Assembly: GCF_003231495.1 (NCBI RefSeq)
Contig: NZ_PQWO01000007.1
Location: 30,001-62,000 of the forward strand
Reading direction: 5' to 3'
Origin: Acaryochloris thomasi RCC1774
Lineage (GTDB): Bacteria > Cyanobacteriota > Cyanobacteriia > Thermosynechococcales > Thermosynechococcaceae
DNA length: 32,000 bases
The notes under the pieces are model-generated. The model was given only the letters and a program-made list of their open reading frames with translations. It was not told the origin of the DNA and did no database searches. Each line of letters starts with the position of its first letter. The first letter of the stretch is position 1. This document shows, piece after piece, positions 7,111-13,982 of the stretch. The position numbers and the translations under genes were made by a program.

Positions 7111-7842
7111 ATGATGCATCAACTCGTTAAACCGTTCGTCTTGGCTTTCACTCTCAATATTGCTGTGGTTAGCTATGCCCCATTGATTTCGGTGGCTAAT
7201 GCTGAACCGTCTGCAGACCTGAAAGACTCAGGTCGTGGTCTACTGGTTGCCCAGGAAGAAGAAGCGCTCACTCCAGGGGAGCAAGCCAATGCTGATTTTC
7301 AGGACAAGCTGGCGGGGGCAGAACTGCTGTCAGCCTTGAAAGAGGGCGGGCACGTGATCTACTTCCGGCATGCTCAAACAGAGAAGGACTATGCTGACCA
7401 GGTGACGGCAGATGTTAATAACTGTTCCACGCAGCGGACTCTTAGCGAAGCGGGTTGGCAAGATGCTCTGGCGATTGGTGCCGCATTTAAAGAGAAAGCG
7501 ATTCCCGTCGATCAGGTCGTCTCTAGTCAGTACTGCCGTGCTTGGCAAACTGCAAACTTGGCGTTCGGCAAGTATGAAAAGAATCCAGCTCTCAACTTTT
7601 TGCCCTTTGAAGACTACACTGAAGCTCAGGTTGAGCAGATGAAAACCAACGTGATGCCGCTGCTGACGGCGGTCCCAAGTGCGGGCATGAACACTGTGAT
7701 TGTGGGGCATGACGACATTTTTGAGTCAGCCACAGGCATCTACCCAGATCCGCAAGGGATGGCCTATGTTATGAAGCCAGACGGCCAAGGTGCTTTTGAA
7801 GTGATTGCGAATATGCTGCCCCAAGAGTGGTCAGAGTTATAG
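7111..7842 (+). CDS. secreted histidine phosphatase (phosphoglycerate-mutase-like) family protein
   Basis: The start was moved to ATG 7111 because the track start at 7042 would include the porin terminator. The N-terminus MMHQLVKPFVLAFTLNIAVVSYAPLISVANA is a signal peptide. The catalytic-type motif YFRHAQTE and the later GHDD are present. Confidence 0.8.
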   Translation: MMHQLVKPFVLAFTLNIAVVSYAPLISVANAEPSADLKDSGRGLLVAQEEEALTPGEQANADFQDKLAGAELLSALKEGGHVIYFRHAQTEKDYADQVTADVNNCSTQRTLSEAGWQDALAIGAAFKEKAIPVDQVVSSQYCRAWQTANLAFGKYEKNPALNFLPFEDYTEAQVEQMKTNVMPLLTAVPSAGMNTVIVGHDDIFESATGIYPDPQGMAYVMKPDGQGAFEVIANMLPQEWSEL

Positions 7843-7863
7843 GAACACAGATTGAAGCTAGCA

Positions 7864-7900
7864 AAAGCCCTGTCTACATTCAATGTAGACAGGGCTTTTA
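7864..7900. terminator. bidirectional terminator between convergent genes
   Basis: AAAGCCCTGTCTACATT (7864-7880) and AATGTAGACAGGGCTTT (7882-7898) form a near-perfect 17-bp palindrome. It is flanked by A-rich sequence on the left and T-rich on the right, between the phosphatase (+) and petE (-). Confidence 0.75.
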
Positions 7901-7954
7901 GAAATTTGAGGATCTTAGTAGACCGACAATTTCAGTCAATTTCGGAATCAGAGA

Positions 7955-8350
7955 CTACTGAACAACAATCTTACCGACCATTCCTGCACCTCGGTGTGGC
8001 TCACAATAGTAGGCGTATTCTCCCGCTGTAGCATCGGCTGGGAAGCTCACATCGAAGCCGCCAGACATTTCTAATGCGTTATGAGACAAAGAGCTGGCCT
8101 CACCTGCAGAGTTCGCTGAATCAAAGACAACATTATGGGGACCTGCAAGACCCACGTCGAAGTGGACCGTATCTCCCGGTGAGATTGTGACTTCAGCAGG
8201 ACTATAGGCAAGCATACCGCCCTGACCCATCTCCACGGACACAGTGTTGGCGAGGGCGGGTGAGGCAGAAGCTATGACACCTAAAGTTAGGCACATCGAA
8301 AATAATACAGGTGCGATGCGATGTACAAGGGATTTCAAAAAGCTCATCAT
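7955..8350 (-). CDS. petE: plastocyanin precursor
   Basis: 131 aa with a signal peptide ending ..SPALA. The type-1 copper ligand pattern is present: GPHNVVFD and YYCEPHRGAGMVGKIVV. GGAG lies 8 nt upstream of the ATG. Confidence 0.93.
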   Translation of the reverse strand: MMSFLKSLVHRIAPVLFSMCLTLGVIASASPALANTVSVEMGQGGMLAYSPAEVTISPGDTVHFDVGLAGPHNVVFDSANSAGEASSLSHNALEMSGGFDVSFPADATAGEYAYYCEPHRGAGMVGKIVVQ

Positions 8351-8500
8351 CTAATCTCCAAGGCTCTATCTTTTTTAGTACGACGGCCTGTCGTACGACG
8401 ATAGGTCAATGATAGCGCTTATTGACAATGCCTGGGACTCAGATGCCTGTGGATGTTGCCAGTCTCAGGTTCAAAAACAGCCGCTGGGTGGTCCTTGTTT

Positions 8501-8887
8501 TTAAATGGATGCTCGATTTTGATCGGGTGCTTTGGGTACAATCCACTGTCTGGCTTTCTCTAGCTCATCCATGCTGTAGATGCGGATTTGGCCCAGCATG
8601 AATAGGCGAGAGGCAATGATCCCGCGCTTGACCCAGATTTGATCGGTTGCGATCGCATAGTGGCTCAAGTCAAAAAAGTGCCGAATCCCAAACATCACAT
8701 CATGGAAGATTAGAGTCGGCTCAAAGCTAGATAGCTTCAGTACCTTGATCAACAGACGTAGTTTTGAGTGCCGCTCAAACTGCCCATCCATCATCTGCAA
8801 AAGCTCAGCAAACTCTGCCGCTGACACGTGTCCATCAATCGACATCTCGATCACATTGGTGTCTGGCACCACCTGATATTCAAGCAT
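8501..8887 (-). CDS. STAS/SpoIIAA-like (SEC14-like) domain protein
   Basis: 128 aa. The pattern IEMSIDGHVSAAEFAELLQMMDGQFERHSKLRLLIKV...IATDQIWVKRG resembles the DUF3478/STAS family as I recall it. It lies downstream of, and on the same strand as, the reductase gene. Confidence 0.7.
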   Translation of the reverse strand: MLEYQVVPDTNVIEMSIDGHVSAAEFAELLQMMDGQFERHSKLRLLIKVLKLSSFEPTLIFHDVMFGIRHFFDLSHYAIATDQIWVKRGIIASRLFMLGQIRIYSMDELEKARQWIVPKAPDQNRASI

Positions 8888-8966
8888 AGGATCTTTTCCC
8901 AGAACGGCTGCCCTTCATTGTCCCTTACGAAACGGGTAGCCGATTTTCCGTGTCCAGAGTCAGCCT

Positions 8967-10526
8967 TTACGAAAGCTTTGTCAGGATCCCTAGGAATTTG
9001 ATAGATAGAGGCGTCAACAGCGTTCGGCGATAGCCATCCGCTGCCCGCTTGATCGCATCAGCCTGAGTTGGATAGGGATGAATGACGCTCGCCATACTGC
9101 CCAGACCCACCTTGTTCACCATGGCCGTGGTGATTTCACTAATCATCTCCCCTGCATGGCGGGCCACAATGGTCGCTCCCAGAACCTGGTCTGAGCCTTT
9201 CTTGAGGTGGATTTTTACAAACCCATCTTCTTCTCCGTCAGCCAACGCGCGATCGACGTCATCAAACAAAATCTTGATCGTATGGATATCCATACCCTGA
9301 TCTTGGGCCTCGTGTTCATAGAGACCGACGTGGGCAATTTCAGGATCGGTAAATGTGACCCAGGGCATCACCAAGTCACTCAGCTTGTACTTGCCAATCC
9401 CGAAGGGTGAAAATAGCGTATTTTTGAGTACAATTCGTGCCGCTGCATCCGCTGCATGGGTGAACTTCCAGTTCATGCAGATATCGCCTGCGGCATAGAT
9501 CTTCGGGTTCGTTGTTTGCAGATTGTCGTTGACCACCACCCCGTGCCGAGCATCGTACTCTACGCCAACAGCCTCTAGATTTAGCCCCTGTACATTAGGC
9601 GCTCGTCCGGCCCCGGCTAAGATTTCATCTACGATAATTGATTGTTCATGACCACCCGACTCGAAGAAAATCTCTTTGCCTGCTGCGGTCTGAACCACTC
9701 GCTTCAGTTGACTGCTCAAAACAAGCTGAATGCCGTCTTCGATGAACTGTTTCTGCACAATTTCCGCCGCATCCGCATCTTCTTTGTTCAAGATGTGGCT
9801 GCCACGATGAAACAGCACGACCTTACTGCCCAGGTGGTGAAAGGCTTGAGCAAGCTCACAGCCAATCGGACCGCCGCCAATCACCGCTAATCGTTGGGGT
9901 GACTCTGTCAGCGAGAAAACCGTTTCGTTGGTGAGATAGCCGACGGCTTCAATGCCCTCAATTTTAGGCTTAACGGCTCTAGCACCCGTGCAGATCACTG
10001 CTTTTTTGAAGCGCAGCGTTTGGCCTGCCACCGACACCGTATTCGGTCCTGTAAAAGTTCCTTCGCCCAAGAACATATCGACGCCTGCCTTTGCGGCACC
10101 GGCAGCGGAATCTACGGGACTGATCTGAGCGCGTACTTTCCGCATCCGCTCCATCACCGCCGGGAAATCTACGGTCACTTGGTCCGGCGGTACAATTCCG
10201 TAGGGCCGCGAACCTCTGATATCTGCTGCAGCTCGGGCAGAGCGAATTAAGCATTTTGACGGGACACAGCCGACATTGAGGCAGTCTCCGCCCATGAGGT
10301 GCTTCTCGATTAGAGCAACTTTGAGGCCGACGCCGAGGCCTGCTGCTCCCTTGGCCGTTACGAGCCCCGCTGTTCCAGAGCCAATCACCACTAAGTCGTA
10401 GCATTCCACGGGTGTGGGGTTGACCCAATCCGAGGGGTGGACATTTGCGATTAACTTCTGATTATAGACATCCATTGGGGGCATTGTTACCCCTTGACCT
10501 GAAAATTGCGTCATTGCTTTACCCAC
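8967..10526 (-). CDS. FAD-dependent pyridine nucleotide-disulfide oxidoreductase (mercuric-reductase/dihydrolipoamide-dehydrogenase-like)
   Basis: 519 aa. Recognisable elements are the FAD motif DLVVIGSGTAG, the redox-active disulfide GGDCLNVGCVPSK, the NAD motif AVIGGGPIGCE, AAGDI, and the dimerisation domain HPYPT. The start is GTG 10526, with an alternative ATG at 10514. Confidence 0.9.
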   Translation of the reverse strand: MGKAMTQFSGQGVTMPPMDVYNQKLIANVHPSDWVNPTPVECYDLVVIGSGTAGLVTAKGAAGLGVGLKVALIEKHLMGGDCLNVGCVPSKCLIRSARAAADIRGSRPYGIVPPDQVTVDFPAVMERMRKVRAQISPVDSAAGAAKAGVDMFLGEGTFTGPNTVSVAGQTLRFKKAVICTGARAVKPKIEGIEAVGYLTNETVFSLTESPQRLAVIGGGPIGCELAQAFHHLGSKVVLFHRGSHILNKEDADAAEIVQKQFIEDGIQLVLSSQLKRVVQTAAGKEIFFESGGHEQSIIVDEILAGAGRAPNVQGLNLEAVGVEYDARHGVVVNDNLQTTNPKIYAAGDICMNWKFTHAADAAARIVLKNTLFSPFGIGKYKLSDLVMPWVTFTDPEIAHVGLYEHEAQDQGMDIHTIKILFDDVDRALADGEEDGFVKIHLKKGSDQVLGATIVARHAGEMISEITTAMVNKVGLGSMASVIHPYPTQADAIKRAADGYRRTLLTPLSIKFLGILTKLS

Positions 10527-11369
10527 AACTCCTAAATTGTTCCTGACAGCCTAGTGGTTGGCCTCTAGAGAAGCGTTTGGTCTGGGACATTTCTATACAT
10601 ACGTCCACTACTGTGATCTGTGTGCACAGAATACCGCTAATCCTGCGCTTGCCTTACTGACGATGCGCCATGAGCAAGCCTGCGTCGGGTGATCTTTCAT
10701 CACGCACAATTTAGAGGTTGAGCCTGAACATACGCCGATAACTTTCTGCAGACTTCCTGAGAATTCTAGGAGTATTTCCTGAGAATCTAGGAGAGTATTG
10801 ACGCCGTCAATCTATCCGAGCAGGAATATGGGTGAGATTAATTCGCCCTATTGATGGCTAATGTGCTAAATCTAAATCCTTTAAACCTCTTAGACAAGCG
10901 GTCCACCTTTGCTTGAATAAGCGTGATTTAACCGTAGTTATTTACAAAACAATACGTTTCTGAAGTCATTTGTTGGAAAAATCTATCGGAGCTGGCTAGG
11001 AATATGGTGAAGCAATTTTTGCGTCTCAAGCTTTAACTTCAAAGCGCTGTAACTATTTCTGGGTAAAGAATGTATCTCTTGCTTATGTGGTTTGAGAGTG
11101 CCGTTTTTGTCTATCTCTAGACTCAAAAGGTGCGAAAAGACCCGAAGAAATCTTGAAATCCTTACAATTTAATGATTCTAGCGATACTATATTGTGCCAA
11201 TACCCCTTAGAATGAACCATTGAAATTTCGATGCGGTAGGAGTTCCAGCTCTCTGGACGGGGTCGTTGTTACTTGATAACCTTTGGATAACCAATTAAGT
11301 TGTCTTTAGAAACCCAACCTGCAGGTTCGAAATTGCTAACCACGCTTAACTAATCATTAGGAGTTACCC

Positions 11370-11645
11370 ATGAACAAAGGCGAACTCGTTGACGCGGTTG
11401 CTGATAAGGCAAGCGTGACGAAAAAGCAGGCTGACGCTGTACTGTCAGCGGCTCTAGAGACCATTATCGAAACGGTCGCAGATGGCGACAAAGTGACGCT
11501 AGTTGGTTTTGGCTCCTTTGAACCCCGCGATCGCAAAGCTCGGGAGGGCCGTAACCCCAAGACTGGTTCCAAGATGAAAATCCCCGCCACCACTGTACCT
11601 GCATTCTCGGCTGGCAAGCTGTTCAAAGAGAAAGTCGCGCCTTAG
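11370..11645 (+). CDS. hup: HU-family DNA-binding protein
   Basis: 91 aa. MNKGELVDAVADKASVTKKQADAVL...GFGSFEPRDRKAREGRNPKTG..IPATTVPAFSAGK is a canonical HU sequence. An AGGAG RBS is present. Confidence 0.95.
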   Translation: MNKGELVDAVADKASVTKKQADAVLSAALETIIETVADGDKVTLVGFGSFEPRDRKAREGRNPKTGSKMKIPATTVPAFSAGKLFKEKVAP

Positions 11646-11658
11646 CGGTTCACCGAAG

Positions 11659-12756
11659 TTGAAAAGACCTCTCCACGGTGGCAATTTAAGTTGGGCTGCA
11701 CACCTGGCTGGCTGTGAACCGGGGGAGGTTCTAGATTTTTCTGCTAGCATCAATCCTCTCGGGCCTCCCGCTAGCGCCTTGGCGGCTATCAAGTGTCATT
11801 TGGGGGACTTGAGCGCTTACCCTGACCCGGCCTCAACGGCTCTACGTCAGGCGATTAGTGAGTTCCATCAGGTCTCTGCCGACTGGATTCTACCGGGCAA
11901 TGGTTCGGCAGAGCTGCTAACCTGGGCCTGCCGTGATTTGGCGCAGCTCCGGGCCACGCATGTACTGGTGCCGGCGTTTAGTGATTATCACCGAGCGCTA
12001 ACGGCTTTCTCTGCGGTTGTGCAGGTCCACGCTCTTAACGTAGAACCTGGCTTACCCACCTTCCAAGATTGGCAGCCTCTGCTTTCGGGGCCCAATGCAG
12101 GTCTTTTATTCAATAATCCCCACAATCCTACGGGAGGTTTGCTGGGGCGCGAGTATCTGCTCGCCTGCCTTGATCAATTTGAGCTGGTGGTGGTGGATGA
12201 AGCTTTTATGGATTTTTTGCCGGTCTCGGATCAGCAGAGTTTGCTGGATGAGGTGATTAATCATCAGAATTTGGTGATCTTGCGATCGCAAACTAAGTTT
12301 TACAGTTTACCGGGACTGCGACTTGGCTACGCCGTTGCCCATCCTGATCGCTTAGCGCGGTGGCAACGATGGCGTGATCCCTGGTCCGTCAATGCTCTGG
12401 CAACCGCTGCGGGGACTGCCGTGCTTAGAGATCAGGCTTTTCAGCAGCGAACTTGGGACTGGCTACCGCCGGCGCGCGCTCAACTGTTTACAGGGCTTCA
12501 GCAGCTCGGATTGCAGCCGCTACCGGGGGTTGCTAACTATTTACTGGTGGCGGCCCCCTGCTCCGTCACGGCCCTGCAGCAGTTGTTAATGCAGGAAGCT
12601 CGAATTTTAATCCGAGACTGTATTAGCTTCCCGGAGCTGGGTGATCGCTATTTTCGAGTTGCCGTGCGGACCTTGGCTGAGAATCAGCAGCTTTTGCAGG
12701 CGCTAGCCGCTGTGCTGCCCCGTCTGCCTCGCTTGAGTGGGGATGGCCGGACATGA
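11659..12756 (+). CDS. cobD: threonine-phosphate decarboxylase (CobD) / class I-II aminotransferase fold
   Basis: 365 aa with a TTG start. HGGNL...LDFSASINPLGPP is the typical CobD N-terminus. NNPHNPTG and the PLP-lysine region SQTKFYSLPGLRLGY are present. Confidence 0.8.
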   Translation: MKRPLHGGNLSWAAHLAGCEPGEVLDFSASINPLGPPASALAAIKCHLGDLSAYPDPASTALRQAISEFHQVSADWILPGNGSAELLTWACRDLAQLRATHVLVPAFSDYHRALTAFSAVVQVHALNVEPGLPTFQDWQPLLSGPNAGLLFNNPHNPTGGLLGREYLLACLDQFELVVVDEAFMDFLPVSDQQSLLDEVINHQNLVILRSQTKFYSLPGLRLGYAVAHPDRLARWQRWRDPWSVNALATAAGTAVLRDQAFQQRTWDWLPPARAQLFTGLQQLGLQPLPGVANYLLVAAPCSVTALQQLLMQEARILIRDCISFPELGDRYFRVAVRTLAENQQLLQALAAVLPRLPRLSGDGRT

Positions 12757-12776
12757 ATCAACGTTGGGATTAACCT

Positions 12777-13982
12777 ATGGCGGTGGATTATGATTTGGTC
12801 ATTCTGGGTGGCACAGATGCTGCTCGATGGGCGGCCATCACGGCGAGTCGTTTCCATGCTCGCGTGGCGCTGGTGGGTGACCAGGCTTACGCTGATGCTC
12901 GGAGTGCCACAGATACGCCCGCGGCCCTCGCCAGTCGAGGCATTGATGTAATAGAAGCTGAGGGGCGCTTCGTTAAACGGCCCTTGCAGGTAGTGGCGCA
13001 GAATCGAGAGTTGCGATCGCGTTACTACTTACTCGCGCAAGCCCCTTCAGCCCCTAAATCTCTCTACCTCAGCGTTGATGCTGCCTATGCCAAGATTTAC
13101 GAAAGCCCTCAGTCCTGGCTAATTGTCGGCGACAGTCCCACAGCTTTACAGCTCAGCCAGCGCTTGGTCAAACAGGGCCATGCTGTGACCCTTGCTGCCC
13201 GCTCTAAACTGCTGCCGTTTGAAGAACCTGATGCCGCCATGCTTCTGCAGGCACAGCTCGAAGTTGATGGCGTCTGTATCTTGACCCATACGCCTCTCCC
13301 TGCCGATTCTGTCTTTGATCAGGTTTTATTGTGCAATCGTTCCTTCTCGCCCTCGCAAATCGTTTGGGCTGAAGATAGTCCTACAGTCCCTTCTCCCCTT
13401 GTACAATCTTTGGATCTGACCCACACCTCTGACGGTCTATGGGTTGATGCAACGCTGAGAACCAGCCACCCTAGAATTTATGCCTGTGGTGCCGTCTTGG
13501 GGGGCTACAATCTGTCCCATATTGCTCGATATGAAGCCAGTCTTGCCGTTAAAAACGCTCTTTTTTCCCCGACTCACGCCATCAATTACTGTCATCTTCC
13601 GTGGGCCATATTAACTGAACCTGCTTTGGCTAGAGTGGGCCTCACCACCGCTCAGGCCCAGCGACAGTACCGTCAAATCAAGGTTTTCAAGCAGCCCTAC
13701 GCAACCGCCGATTCCACCCATGGACAGCCGGGACTCTGTCACCTTATTTCCCGAGACAATAATACTTTAGTGGGGGCACATTTATTCGGTACCGCTGCTG
13801 CAGAGATGATCCACCTACTGGCCCAGGCTGTAGAGCAGCAGCGCACTGTGTCAGAAATTGCGAATGGGGTCTTTATTGATGCCGCCACCTCAGACATCAT
13901 ACGGCAGACGGCTGAGGAGCCTGTAGAACACCGCGATGGGTTAGAACACCTGTTTCATCGGCGACGACGCTGGAACTTTTAG
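12777..13982 (+). CDS. degenerate flavoprotein-disulfide-reductase-like protein (no CxxxxC redox centre)
   Basis: 401 aa. The N-terminus DYDLVILGGTDAARWAA is Rossmann-like and ACGAVLGG resembles the GD motif region. The C-terminal interface-domain-like LPWAILTEPALARVGLT is present, but no Cys pair occurs in the first ~165 residues. Confidence 0.75.
   Translation: MAVDYDLVILGGTDAARWAAITASRFHARVALVGDQAYADARSATDTPAALASRGIDVIEAEGRFVKRPLQVVAQNRELRSRYYLLAQAPSAPKSLYLSVDAAYAKIYESPQSWLIVGDSPTALQLSQRLVKQGHAVTLAARSKLLPFEEPDAAMLLQAQLEVDGVCILTHTPLPADSVFDQVLLCNRSFSPSQIVWAEDSPTVPSPLVQSLDLTHTSDGLWVDATLRTSHPRIYACGAVLGGYNLSHIARYEASLAVKNALFSPTHAINYCHLPWAILTEPALARVGLTTAQAQRQYRQIKVFKQPYATADSTHGQPGLCHLISRDNNTLVGAHLFGTAAAEMIHLLAQAVEQQRTVSEIANGVFIDAATSDIIRQTAEEPVEHRDGLEHLFHRRRRWNF

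Noticed and set aside
9979-10428. 149-aa Arg/Ser-rich ORF on the minus strand in a second frame, plus several + strand ORFs (9082..9890, 10020..10250)
   Set aside because: All lie inside the 519-aa disulfide reductase gene, whose frame carries every expected motif. The alternatives are low-complexity frame shadows.
10612-10628. CRP-like half-palindrome TGTGA-N6-TGCACA upstream of the reductase gene
   Set aside because: Only the left half matches TGTGA-N6-TCACA. The right half needs a shifted spacer and a mismatch, which is too weak to call a site without a PWM score.
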